Of a DNA stretch of 29,359 bases, positions 1 to 9,455 are shown piece after piece. Location of the stretch: positions 1-29,359 of the forward strand of contig QIAW01000124.1 of NCBI GenBank assembly GCA_003225655.1, written 5' to 3'. The first letter of the stretch is position 1. Every line of letters begins with the position of its first letter. The notes below the pieces were generated by a model. It made no database searches. It saw only the letters and a list, made by a program, of their open reading frames with translations, and had not been told where the DNA came from. The position numbers were made by a program, and so were the translations under genes. Source of the DNA: Acidobacteriota bacterium. GTDB taxonomy: Bacteria; Acidobacteriota; Terriglobia; Terriglobales; Acidobacteriaceae.

Positions 1-1
1 T

Positions 2-775
2 GTGACTCGCGGTATGCAGTCGACTTACACCGCATTGGTGGAAAAATCATGGTTTGCGGCGCTGGGCAGCGCCAAAGACGCACGCCATGATCATGAGAAG
101 GTGCTGGAGATAAATCCCAACTACAACGACGCCAAGCTCGTGGTTGGCATGCATTCCTACATCGTGGGCAGTTTGCCTTGGGCCGTGCGGCTGCTGGCCC
201 ATATTGTTGGTGAGAGTGGAAACAAAACCACGGGCATCCGGCAGCTCTATGAGGCGGCCAACGGCGGAGGCGAGGCCGGTGTGGATGCTAAGACCGTGCT
301 CGCCCTGTTTCTACGCCGCGAGCAGCGTTACGATGAGGCCCTGGCGGTGCAGCGCTCGCTGGCCAAGGCGTATCCGGGGAACTTTCTGTTTGCCCTGGAG
401 GAGGCCAATATCCTCAGGGACGCAGGACGCGGTCCGGAGTGCATCGCCACCTATAGGTCTGTGAGAGAAAACGCGAAAAAGAACCAATACCACGATCCCC
501 ACCTGGAGTTTCTTTATTACGGCATGGGAGAAGCCCTGCGCGGACAGCGCCAGATTGATGCCGCGGCCGAAGCCTATGAACAGGTTTTAGCCTTGGCGCA
601 TGCGGATGCGGACCTGCGGTTGCGCGCCGCGTTGAGCGCGGGAGAAATGTACGATCTGCTGCAAAAACGCGACCTGGCGCGGCAGAAATATCAGGACGTG
701 ATTGCTCAAAACGCCAATTCCGAGGTCGCGGAAGCGGCGCGCCGGTATCTGAAGGACCCTTATCGGATGGAATAA
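2..775 (+). CDS. Tetratricopeptide repeat protein, 5' partial (runs off the window edge)
   Basis: ORF open from the window edge with repeated TPR-like helices (ALAVQRSLAKAYPGN, YYGMGEALRGQRQIDAAAEAYEQVL, AGEMYDLLQKRDLARQKYQDVI). Confidence 0.8.
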   Translation: MTRGMQSTYTALVEKSWFAALGSAKDARHDHEKVLEINPNYNDAKLVVGMHSYIVGSLPWAVRLLAHIVGESGNKTTGIRQLYEAANGGGEAGVDAKTVLALFLRREQRYDEALAVQRSLAKAYPGNFLFALEEANILRDAGRGPECIATYRSVRENAKKNQYHDPHLEFLYYGMGEALRGQRQIDAAAEAYEQVLALAHADADLRLRAALSAGEMYDLLQKRDLARQKYQDVIAQNANSEVAEAARRYLKDPYRME

Positions 776-841
776 AATTATGGCGCGGATGAAACTTTTT
801 GCTACCCATAAGCGTAATATCCATGAAAAGGGGTGAGAGAT

Positions 842-1180
842 ATGTACTGCAACTATTGTGGCAAGGTGATTCAAGAAGATGCCCATGTTTGCGCCTATTG
901 CGGTAAGCGGGTGGGTGCGGTTTCTGCGCGCAAAAGTCTGATGCGTCCACTGGCCGGACGCAAGATCGCCGGTGTGGCCCTGGCATTCTCCGAATATTTT
1001 GACCTCGATGTTGCGCTCATCCGCGTCGTATGGCTATTGGTAGCGATCTTTTCCGGCGGATTTGGAGTCATTGCATATCTGGTTGGCTGCATTGTGATTC
1101 CATCTGAGCCCGAGGCGCAGGCCAGCGCTGCCGTGCAATCCACTGCTCCCGCCGGCAGTTCACCTGTCACAGGGACCTAA
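842..1180 (+). CDS. PspC domain protein with N-terminal zinc ribbon (112 aa)
   Basis: CNYC-x10-CAYC ribbon followed by the PspC motif RPLAGRKIAGVALAFSEYFDLDVALIRVVWLL and a TM segment. ATG 842 follows a purine-rich AAAAGGGGTGAGAGA; the ORF track starts at GTG 833. Confidence 0.85.
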   Translation: MYCNYCGKVIQEDAHVCAYCGKRVGAVSARKSLMRPLAGRKIAGVALAFSEYFDLDVALIRVVWLLVAIFSGGFGVIAYLVGCIVIPSEPEAQASAAVQSTAPAGSSPVTGT

Positions 1181-1213
1181 GTCTCGCTGTGTGTAAAATA
1201 TCGTTCGAAGACC

Positions 1214-2011
1214 ATGGCTGGGCACATCTACTCTGAAGATGCCGAGATTTTCTATGACACACGCGGAGAAGGTCCACCGTTGGTGTTGCTGCATCCTTTT
1301 CCCAGCAATCGTGATTTCTGGAATCCCGTCGCCGCGCAGATGGCTACCCGTTACCGGCTGATTGTGCCTGACCTGCGCTGTCATGGCGACTCGCAGCCGG
1401 GCACAGGTCCGGCCACTATGCAGAAACATGCCGCCGATCTCGTGCGAATCCTGGAAGCAGAGCGCGTGCAACGGACCTGTTTTGCCGGTGTATCAATCGG
1501 CGGATACATTCTGTTTGAATTCTGGCGGCGGTATCGAGAGCGCGTGCAGGCATTGATCTTATGCGATACCCGGGCCCAGGCAGATACCGATGAAGGCCGC
1601 CAGACGCGGCTGAAAGCAGCTGAAGAAGTGGAGCGTTCCGGGCCAGATGACTACCTGGATAGCATGTTGCCTAAGCTGTTGGGAGAGACCACCCGCCGGA
1701 ACCGGCAAGATCGCGTGAGCGAAGCCCGGCGCATGATGGGACGCATGACCAGGGCAGGCATCAGTGCTGCTTTGCGCGGCATGGCCGCGAGGCCGGATTC
1801 TGTTCCGACGTTGAGGACCATCAATGTTCCCGTCTTGGTATTAGCGGGCACAGAAGACACGCTTACGCCGCCTGCCGATGCAGAACTCATGCATCGGGCG
1901 ATCTCCGGAAGCCAGTTTGCGTTGGTCCCTGCGGCTGGACACTATATGCCCTTCGAGCAACCGGAGTCAGCCGGGCAGCTCATGCGCGGATTCCTGGAAA
2001 AACAGATCTGA
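1214..2011 (+). CDS. Alpha/beta-fold hydrolase (enol-lactonase/PcaD-like family)
   Basis: LVLLHPF, PDLRCHGDS, nucleophile GVSIGG, AGTEDTLTPP (Asp), AGHYMPFEQP (His). Confidence 0.9.
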   Translation: MAGHIYSEDAEIFYDTRGEGPPLVLLHPFPSNRDFWNPVAAQMATRYRLIVPDLRCHGDSQPGTGPATMQKHAADLVRILEAERVQRTCFAGVSIGGYILFEFWRRYRERVQALILCDTRAQADTDEGRQTRLKAAEEVERSGPDDYLDSMLPKLLGETTRRNRQDRVSEARRMMGRMTRAGISAALRGMAARPDSVPTLRTINVPVLVLAGTEDTLTPPADAELMHRAISGSQFALVPAAGHYMPFEQPESAGQLMRGFLEKQI

Positions 2012-3108
2012 GCGTTGGCAGTTAGCGCTTGGAAAAATAAAAAAGCAAAGATCTTGCTGCAGGTAAACGCGGATAAACGCTGATTTACCTGCTTCCTTTT
2101 TATTGATTGGGAACCCTTGGGTTCGTGTTCCAGGTAGGTTTCCAGCTCTGCCATGGCATTGGTGTAATTTTTCAGGCCCAACATCGCGTGAGCTTTGACC
2201 AGATGAACCAGCGTATATTGCGGTTGCAACTGCTGGGTCTTATCAAATTGCTGCAGGGCGGCCTGGTAATTTCCCTTAGCCAAAAATGATTTGCCCATCT
2301 CGAAGTATCCCTGCCAGGCGGTAGGGTTCAAAGTTGTGCCGCGGGAGAGTACACGCAACGCATCGTCCCAGTGCGACAGAAGATTATAGGTCGCACCCAG
2401 CGCAATGTAGGCCAGAGGATAATTGGGGTCATCTTGAATTGCCTGTTCGAGGTCGCGGCTGGCCTCTTCATATTGTTTTGCATCCAGCTTAAGAATGCCA
2501 CGCAAGGTAAGGGCATCGGCGTATCGGGGATAAGCCTGCAGAGCCTCACCCACATATTTTGTGGCATCCGCAGTCTTTTGCTTGTGCATAGCTTCCTGCG
2601 CCTTGCGGAAAGCATTCCGGGCGCGCTCGGGTACGCGCATCTGGGCGACAGAAACCGAATTCTTATCGCCGCCGGGATCTGAGTTGTAGCTCGGCAGATG
2701 GAGAGAGACTTCCTGGTCGGCGCCTTCCAGGGTAATAGGTTCACGGATCTCCGTCAGGCCGGAAGAGACAACGACTTCGTAGCTGCCCGTGGGAAGGTTC
2801 GCAACCGCGAAGGAGCCGTTAGGGCTTGCATATCCGGAAAAGACGATTTGTCCATTTTCACGATTTTGAACTTCAATACGGGCATCTTTGACCGGCTTGC
2901 CGCTGGAATCGCGGATCAATCCGCTGAGGGTGCAGTTGTGTATCATTTTGCGGGAGAGCATGGATGGCGTCATTCCCCGGCCCATAGCGGACGGATCTCC
3001 GATGGTGCCGGCGCCGCCGTCTACACCCATTTGAGCAAGGGCGCCGCCAACAAACACCACAAAAATCAGAAAGGAACGTATGATGGATAGATAGAGCAGA
3101 TGAAGCAT
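1942..3108 (-). CDS. Secreted carboxypeptidase-regulatory-like domain plus TPR protein; 3' end probably aberrant (run-on)
   Basis: Signal-like N-terminus, LSGLIRDSSGKPVKDARIEV and GSFAVANLPTGSYEVVV beta domain, several TPRs. The tail after EPKGSQS reads through a hairpin and overlaps the convergent gene by 70 bp. Confidence 0.8.
   Translation of the reverse strand: MLHLLYLSIIRSFLIFVVFVGGALAQMGVDGGAGTIGDPSAMGRGMTPSMLSRKMIHNCTLSGLIRDSSGKPVKDARIEVQNRENGQIVFSGYASPNGSFAVANLPTGSYEVVVSSGLTEIREPITLEGADQEVSLHLPSYNSDPGGDKNSVSVAQMRVPERARNAFRKAQEAMHKQKTADATKYVGEALQAYPRYADALTLRGILKLDAKQYEEASRDLEQAIQDDPNYPLAYIALGATYNLLSHWDDALRVLSRGTTLNPTAWQGYFEMGKSFLAKGNYQAALQQFDKTQQLQPQYTLVHLVKAHAMLGLKNYTNAMAELETYLEHEPKGSQSIKRKQVNQRLSAFTCSKIFAFLFFQALTANAQICFSRNPRMSCPADSGCSKGI
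2059..2092. repeat. Inverted repeat between convergent genes (terminator- or REP-like)
   Basis: GCAGGTAAA (2059-2067) and TTTACCTGC (2084-2092) are perfect complements; T-rich tract follows on the + strand. Confidence 0.6.
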
Positions 3109-3291
3109 GTGTCTTAGTCCTTATGGGATCTGGGGTACGTGGCGCGTACGGTTTAGAGCCGTCTTCCTTCAATCCTTGCTGCAGTCGTAAGATGAAATCA
3201 CACAAACAAAGTTGGCCTTCATACTGTGCAATATTTTTTTGGAACCAGAGGCAACACTGCATCTTGAATTTACAGAGGACCAAAAGCAGAC

Positions 3292-4590
3292 ATGAGCGAT
3301 CAAAATAGCGTGATTGTGCCCCCGGCAAAGAATGTTCAGGGAACGGTGCGGCTTCCGGGTGACAAGTCCATTTCGCATCGCTACGCCATGCTGGCCGGAC
3401 TGGCCAGGGGAAAAACGGTCCTGGAGAATTTTTCAACGGGCGCCGATTGTGCCAGCACGCTGGGTTGCATGCAAGGTTTAGGCTGCAAGGTCACGAAAAC
3501 GGAGACCACTGTGGAGATCGAAGGGCTTGGGCTGGAGTTGCATCCGCCGCAAGCGTCTCTGGATTGTGGAAACTCCGGATCGACAATACGCATGCTGGCC
3601 GGCATTCTCGCCGGACAGAGTTTTAGCTGTGAGATGCAGGGCGACGAATCGCTCTCGCGACGTCCGATGGGTCGTGTGATTCGTCCTTTGAGCCTGATGG
3701 GAGCAAAATTTTCCTCTGCTGAAGGTGAGCGCCCGCCTTTGCGTATTACCGGGGCGAACGGCACGCTGCATGCCATTGAGTACAAGACTCCGGTTGCCAG
3801 TGCTCAAGTCAAATCGTCCATTCTATTTGCCGGTCTGCTGGCAGAGGGAATAACTTCGGTTGAGGAGCCGGTCCGGACCCGCGATCACGGCGAACTGGCG
3901 TTGCGGGCCTTTGGCGCCGAGGTGCAGCAGGAGAAGAACCGGGCCAGCATCCGAGGCCGGCAGCCGTTGCATGCGCTGCGGGCCACCATCCCGGGAGACA
4001 TCTCTTCGGCGGCATTCTTTATGTGCGCCGCGGCTCTCTTTCCTGAATCGAGCCTGGTGCTTGAGAACGTAGGCCTGAATCCCACCCGCTCCGCGCTGCT
4101 CGATGTACTCGCGGCCCTGGGCGCCCGCGTGCACGTGCTTGATTTGCAAGAAGCCAACTCGGAATTGCGTGGTTCCCTGAAGGTAGAAGCCGGACGGCTG
4201 AAGGGCACGACGATCTCGGGCGGCCAGTCGGCAGCTCTGATTGACGAGCTTCCAGTTCTGGCGGCCATCGCTCCCTACACCACGGAAGGAATCGAGATCC
4301 GGGATGCCGGTGAACTGCGAGTCAAAGAATCAGACCGCATTGCAACTGTGGCGCAGAGCCTCAGGGCCATGGGCGCCAACGTTGAAGAATACCCCGATGG
4401 TTTGCGCGTGCCCGGAAATCAACGGCTGCACGGCGCCAAGGTTGACTCGCATGGGGACCATCGCATCGCCATGGCTTTCAGCGTCGCTGCTTTGCGCGCC
4501 GAGGGTGAAACTGAAATCCTGGGTGCCGATGCGGCACGTATTTCGTTTCCAGAATTTTTCCGGATGCTGAGCGCGATCACGGAATCGTAG
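3292..4590 (+). CDS. aroA: 3-phosphoshikimate 1-carboxyvinyltransferase (EPSP synthase, class II type)
   Basis: LPGDKSISHR, DCGNSGSTIR, GDESLSRRPM, VASAQVKS, TRDHGE, ELRVKESDRI, HGDHRIAMAF motifs; 432 aa. Confidence 0.97.
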   Translation: MSDQNSVIVPPAKNVQGTVRLPGDKSISHRYAMLAGLARGKTVLENFSTGADCASTLGCMQGLGCKVTKTETTVEIEGLGLELHPPQASLDCGNSGSTIRMLAGILAGQSFSCEMQGDESLSRRPMGRVIRPLSLMGAKFSSAEGERPPLRITGANGTLHAIEYKTPVASAQVKSSILFAGLLAEGITSVEEPVRTRDHGELALRAFGAEVQQEKNRASIRGRQPLHALRATIPGDISSAAFFMCAAALFPESSLVLENVGLNPTRSALLDVLAALGARVHVLDLQEANSELRGSLKVEAGRLKGTTISGGQSAALIDELPVLAAIAPYTTEGIEIRDAGELRVKESDRIATVAQSLRAMGANVEEYPDGLRVPGNQRLHGAKVDSHGDHRIAMAFSVAALRAEGETEILGADAARISFPEFFRMLSAITES

Positions 4591-4776
4591 ACGCCGTTTG
4601 TCACTCCCGGGCATCGTGCGCCTAGTTGCGCCACCAAGTTCTTCCAGCGGCAGCCCACCCGAAAAGCAAAGCTGACATCCCATCATTCGTGTCCCCCATT
4701 TAAAACCTTTTTTTGGCTCTCGGCCGAGTAAGCAGGTTTAGGGGTGGGTGCAGCAAGACTTTTCAGGGAGCAAGCA

Positions 4777-5373
4777 ATGAAGAACATTGTATTTATCATG
4801 GTTTTAGCGTTAGGAGCCTACGTGGTTCCTGGCGCTTTTGCGCAAAATCATGGGGAGGTTGGCGTTTTTGCCGATTTCGTCCGGCTATCACCAACTGATA
4901 CCAACAACCTCGGAGTGGGAGGCAGGCTTTCCGTTAATGTGCATCCCAACGTGCAACTCGAAGGAGAGATGTCCTACGATTTCGCGCGTAATTTTACCGA
5001 GAGATTTACTCTTGGTCCTGCCGGGTCTCCGACGGGATCGACGGGCTTTAGCCGCACAGGCATACGCATCTTGCATGGTCTGTTCGGTCCTAAGTTCCAG
5101 ACCGGCGGAGAAGCAATCCGGGCATTCGGAACGATCAAAGGCGGTTTTGTGAACTTCCGTCTCGATAATCGTCCGGCCACATTCGGCACCTTCACCAGCT
5201 CGGTGGATAGTTTGCGCCGGAATAATGTGAACGGCGTCGTGTATCCGGCCGGGGGCGTTGAGTTCTATGCCGGACCTTTTGGAATCCGTGCCGAGGTAGG
5301 TGACCTGATGTATTTCCGCGATGGTGTGCATAATAACCTTCGGATCGCCGCTGGTCCCAGCATTCGTTTTTGA
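4777..5373 (+). CDS. Outer-membrane beta-barrel protein (198 aa)
   Basis: Signal peptide MKNIVFIMVLALGAYVVPGAFA, amphipathic beta strands, C-terminal Phe (SIRF); CAGGGAG RBS before ATG 4777. Confidence 0.8.
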   Translation: MKNIVFIMVLALGAYVVPGAFAQNHGEVGVFADFVRLSPTDTNNLGVGGRLSVNVHPNVQLEGEMSYDFARNFTERFTLGPAGSPTGSTGFSRTGIRILHGLFGPKFQTGGEAIRAFGTIKGGFVNFRLDNRPATFGTFTSSVDSLRRNNVNGVVYPAGGVEFYAGPFGIRAEVGDLMYFRDGVHNNLRIAAGPSIRF

Positions 5374-5404
5374 AGTTCCAGTAGCGTATCCGCGCCCGAA
5401 AACG

Positions 5405-5433
5405 AGGCGGCTGCAAAGCCGCCTTTGTTTTTT
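5405..5433 (+). terminator. Intrinsic terminator
   Basis: AGGCGGCT-GCAA-AGCCGCCT perfect 8-bp stem followed by TTGTTTTTT. Confidence 0.9.
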
Positions 5434-5680
5434 GGTTCTTATCTAAAGTCGAAAGGCTCGACGCCCGCCATCCCGCCTTGATTCAATAAATGGACACTAA
5501 ATGTGTACTCCTATACGTCTTCATTGTTATAGGGGGCCCTGCAACCTGCCTCATCATTTCTGATTTACGGAATGTTAGCTGTACGGGACACAGAGTCCTT
5601 GCGCATGGGGGCGAATTCGCCTTGTAGGAAGGCGCATGAGAAAATGAAGCAAAGCATATTGATTGCGAGTCTAAAGCGAA

Positions 5681-7588
5681 ATGAGTCCTGATCCGAAGCC
5701 CAAAGCGAAGCCTAAGCTCAACCGCAAAACCTTGCGTACGATTGCTCCTTTTGTATGGGAGCTGGTCCGCCCACGACGTGGCCTGTTGGCGCTGGGTTTT
5801 CTGCTCATGGTCATCAACCGTATTTCAGGACTGGTGCTGCCTTATTCGTCGCGATTCGTGATCGATAAAGTTGCCATTCAACATCATGTTGAGTTGCTAA
5901 GACCTCTAGTGCTCGTGGTAATGATTGCAACCGCGATTCAAGGAGTCACGTCGTTTACGCTGACGCAACTGCTGTCGAAGGCTGCACAGCGCCTGATCGC
6001 CGATCTGCGCAGAAAAGTGCAGGAACATATTGGACGGCTTCCGGTTGCGTTTTATGACTCCAACAAAACCGGCACCTTGGTCTCGCGCATCATGAGCGAC
6101 GTGGAGGGTGTTCGCAACCTGCTGGGGACCGGGCTGGTTGAGTTCGCGGGCGGCTTGCTTACCTCGGCGATCGCGCTCGGTTTTTTGTTCTCCATCAGCC
6201 GGCTTATGACCCTGCTGACGTTTGCCGCTCTGCTCGTGGTTGGAATTGCGCTGACAAAAGCCTTTGGAACCATACGGCCTATTTTCCGTGAACGGGGCAA
6301 GATCAATGCTGAGGTCACGGGACGTCTGACCGAATCGTTGGGCGGCGTGCGCGTGATCAAGGGATATCATGCCGAAGAACGCGAGCACAAAGTGTTCTCA
6401 GCCGGCGTGCAGCGGTTGCTGGATAATGTATTGCGCACTCTCACCGCAACTTCGGTGATGAGTTTGTCGTCGAGTTTGCTGGTTGGCGTTGTGGGAGCGG
6501 TGATTATGTATGTAGGGGGGCACCAGATGGCGGCCGGCACCCTGACTCCTGGTAAATTTACCAGTTACGTATTGTTTCTGGGGTTTTTAGTGGTGCCGAT
6601 TGTTCAGATTGTCGCCATTGGCACACAAATCACTGAGGCGTTGGCCGGTCTCGAGCGAACCCAGGAAATTCTTAATGAGAACCGGGAAGACAGCGATCCA
6701 AAGCGCACCGTGAATTTGCTCCTCATCACAGGCAACGTCGAATTTAAAGACGTGAGCTTCAGCTATGACGGCAGCCGCAATGTCTTGCAGGATGTCTCTT
6801 TTCAGGCAGAACCGGGAACTGTGACCGCGCTGGTTGGCTCCTCGGGTTCGGGGAAGTCAACCACGATTGGATTGATCGCGGCGTTTCATACGCCCAAATC
6901 GGGAACCATAACGGTCGATGATATGGACCTGAGCACGGTGCGGCTCGATTCTTACCGCACCCAGCTTGGCGTGGTTTTGCAGGAGTCGTTTTTGTTCGAC
7001 GGCACCATTCGCGAGAATGTAGCTTTTTCGCGGCCCGATTCCAGCGAAGAGGAGATCATGCGCGCATGCCAGATCGCGCGCGTCGATGAGTTTGCCGAGA
7101 GCTTCGCTGACCGGTATGACACGGTCGTGGGAGAGCGAGGAGTCAAACTCTCCGGGGGACAGCGGCAAAGGATTTCCATTGCCCGCGCCATTCTGGCGAA
7201 TCCGCGCATCCTCATTCTGGACGAGGCGACTTCGAGCCTGGATTCGGAATCGGAACAATTGATCCAGCAGGGACTCTCGTATCTCATGCGCGACCGCACT
7301 ACCTTTGTGATCGCGCACCGGCTTTCGACAATACGGCGCGCGGACCAGATCCTGGTGGTCGAGCAGGGAAGAATTGTCGAGCGCGGCACCCACGAGCAAC
7401 TCTATGCCGCGCAGGGACGTTACCGCGAACTTTACGACAAGCAGCACGGCCTGGAGAGCAACCTGTTCCTGGCGCCGGGTGAGGGAGATGCCATGCCGGT
7501 TTCGGAGAACGAAAGCAGCGCCCGGAACGGAGGCCGTGATCCCGGCCTGGCCGACGCTGTCCGCATTGTGAAAGGCGAAGTGCGGTAG
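5681..7588 (+). CDS. ABC exporter, fused TMD plus NBD (MsbA/Sav1866-like)
   Basis: N-terminal TM domain, Walker A GSSGSGKST, Q-loop VVLQE, signature LSGGQRQR, Walker B ILILDEATSSLD, H-loop IAHRLST. Confidence 0.95.
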   Translation: MSPDPKPKAKPKLNRKTLRTIAPFVWELVRPRRGLLALGFLLMVINRISGLVLPYSSRFVIDKVAIQHHVELLRPLVLVVMIATAIQGVTSFTLTQLLSKAAQRLIADLRRKVQEHIGRLPVAFYDSNKTGTLVSRIMSDVEGVRNLLGTGLVEFAGGLLTSAIALGFLFSISRLMTLLTFAALLVVGIALTKAFGTIRPIFRERGKINAEVTGRLTESLGGVRVIKGYHAEEREHKVFSAGVQRLLDNVLRTLTATSVMSLSSSLLVGVVGAVIMYVGGHQMAAGTLTPGKFTSYVLFLGFLVVPIVQIVAIGTQITEALAGLERTQEILNENREDSDPKRTVNLLLITGNVEFKDVSFSYDGSRNVLQDVSFQAEPGTVTALVGSSGSGKSTTIGLIAAFHTPKSGTITVDDMDLSTVRLDSYRTQLGVVLQESFLFDGTIRENVAFSRPDSSEEEIMRACQIARVDEFAESFADRYDTVVGERGVKLSGGQRQRISIARAILANPRILILDEATSSLDSESEQLIQQGLSYLMRDRTTFVIAHRLSTIRRADQILVVEQGRIVERGTHEQLYAAQGRYRELYDKQHGLESNLFLAPGEGDAMPVSENESSARNGGRDPGLADAVRIVKGEVR

Positions 7589-7676
7589 GAAGATTTTGCC
7601 CCCATGCTTCGCAATCGAACAGACGCGGTCAGTACTTGTATGTTTTAGAGAAACATTCGCTGGGACGTTAAAAAGC

Positions 7677-7934
7677 TCAGGAGACCTTGTGTTGCGCCTC
7701 GGAAACAGGGGGACTTTCTTCGTCTGGGCCTACCGGCTCGAACAAAACCATAAAAAGCCGATAAGCGGTGATAGGGATCACGCTCAAGACGTAGCCCGCC
7801 GCACCAATTACAAATAGCGTTTCCAGCAACTTGATGAAGAACACCAAGATAGTATTCAAAACGTGATGGAATATATCGTGAAAAAGGCGCGGCTGGAACC
7901 TATCCAATGGTATAGGTGGGGCAGCAACCGGCAT
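7677..7934 (-). CDS. Small membrane protein of unknown family, paralog A (up to 85 aa; start uncertain)
   Basis: Hydrophobic core FVIGAAGYVLSVIPITAYRLFMVLFE matches 21/26 residues of the ORF at 13334-13675, with mainly synonymous DNA differences. Confidence 0.75.
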   Translation of the reverse strand: MPVAAPPIPLDRFQPRLFHDIFHHVLNTILVFFIKLLETLFVIGAAGYVLSVIPITAYRLFMVLFEPVGPDEESPPVSEAQHKVS

Positions 7935-8043
7935 GGGACAGCATGCCTATTCTAAAGTATAAGAATTTTTGGTTCCCGTTCACTTCAAGTTCATAAGTAT
8001 TAGCGGCTCATGATCTTTAGAATTGCTGATTTCCAAGGAAGAG

Positions 8044-9453
8044 TTATGACAAACTGAGTTCAGCCGTGGGCACGACTGTTGATGCATCCGAGATCGTTTC
8101 ATCGCCGCCAGAGCCTTGCTGCCCACCTGCCGCCGCTGCTCTGCCGAGTTCAATTTGCTCTTGTTCCGGTGTTCCGTCGTCGATGTAATAATCTTCAGCG
8201 CATTTCAGATGGAAAGCCCCGCGCAAGGCGATGGGAGTCAATAGCGTGGTCAGAAGCACGACCCCGACCATGACCGCGACTTCAGATTTACCAAAGATAC
8301 CAGAGGCGGCTCCCATGGCGGTGACGATAAGACCCACTTCACCCCGCGAGATCATGCCGCACCCGATGCGCAGGCTGCGCACCCAGTTCATGCCTGAGGC
8401 AAGGGCGGCGAGTCCGCATCCTACTAGTTTGCCAACGATGGCAACCAGGAGCACGATCAGCAGCATGAACCAGTGCCCGGAGAGCGCCCGATAGTCGCTG
8501 GAGAGGCCAATGGAAACGAAGAACAACGGGATCAGCAAGCCATGCCCAATGGCATAAAAGCTGCGTTCGACGTCAGCTTTATACTGCGATCCAGCGAAGA
8601 CATAGCCTAGCAAATAGGCCCCCGTGATGCCGGCGACGCTGCCCAACCACTCAGCAGAAATTGCGTACAAAAAAACCAGGGCGAGCACGCAACTTGGAAC
8701 CGCCTCAGTGGAAGAGAGCTGACGCAACCGGGCAATTAACGGGTCCAACCAGCGTTTGGCCGCGCCGTAGCCCACGCCAAAAAACGCCAGTACGCAAAAG
8801 GAGAGGACCACCATTTGTACGAGCAGCGGATGTCTCGCTGCCAGTGGAATTTTTTGCTGCAACCATACGCTCGCCATCGGCCCCAGACCAAAGGCCCCCA
8901 TACCGGCGGTGGTATTCGATGCCGCGAGAAATGCAAGAACAAATAAACCCATCACGTCATCAATGACTGCGGCGCCCAATATCACTGTTGCTTCATCGGA
9001 GTTCATGCGCCCAACATCCATCAGTGTCCGGGCAGAGATAGAGACACTGGTGGCGGTCAGGGCGCCGCCGAGAAAGCAAGCAGTTTTCCATGACAACCCA
9101 AACAAGTGCCCAACCCCGGCCCCGAGCACGAACGGCCAGATCACACCAAAAAGGGCCACCACGAAGGCGGTTACGCTGGCTTCGCGCATGCGGTCGATAT
9201 CCGTCTCGATGCCAGCGATGAACATGAGCACCAGGCCCCCGATCTGCGCCAGAAGCATGAGTGCGCCGGTGGCCTGCCCGCCCTCGAGCAGGTGGATATG
9301 CAACAGGTTCAGTGCGCCGGGGCCGAGCACCACACCAACCAGTAGCTCTCCCAGAATTGCCGGTATGGCAATGCGGCTGCATAACGAGCCAACTACTTTG
9401 CAGGCGACGAGCAGGATGGCCAGCAACAGTGCGAGCTGAAGTGTGGGCTGCAT
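8044..9453 (-). CDS. Cation:proton antiporter, CPA2/NapA-like (469 aa)
   Basis: LGELLVGVVLGP, LMFIAGIETD, ALTATSVSIS, GAAVIDDV (twin Asp), PLFFVSIG, VGKLVG, GMISRGEVGL. ATG 9453 lies 2 nt after the upstream stop. Confidence 0.9.
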   Translation of the reverse strand: MQPTLQLALLLAILLVACKVVGSLCSRIAIPAILGELLVGVVLGPGALNLLHIHLLEGGQATGALMLLAQIGGLVLMFIAGIETDIDRMREASVTAFVVALFGVIWPFVLGAGVGHLFGLSWKTACFLGGALTATSVSISARTLMDVGRMNSDEATVILGAAVIDDVMGLFVLAFLAASNTTAGMGAFGLGPMASVWLQQKIPLAARHPLLVQMVVLSFCVLAFFGVGYGAAKRWLDPLIARLRQLSSTEAVPSCVLALVFLYAISAEWLGSVAGITGAYLLGYVFAGSQYKADVERSFYAIGHGLLIPLFFVSIGLSSDYRALSGHWFMLLIVLLVAIVGKLVGCGLAALASGMNWVRSLRIGCGMISRGEVGLIVTAMGAASGIFGKSEVAVMVGVVLLTTLLTPIALRGAFHLKCAEDYYIDDGTPEQEQIELGRAAAAGGQQGSGGDETISDASTVVPTAELSLS

Positions 9454-9455
9454 GG

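Noticed and set aside
2873-3436. Alternative-frame and antisense ORFs (e.g. 2873-3436, 7596-7817, 9261-9740, 21308-21499, 27551-28237)
   Set aside because: They overlap well-supported genes or the tRNA, have no recognisable motifs, and are expected shadow ORFs in GC-rich DNA.
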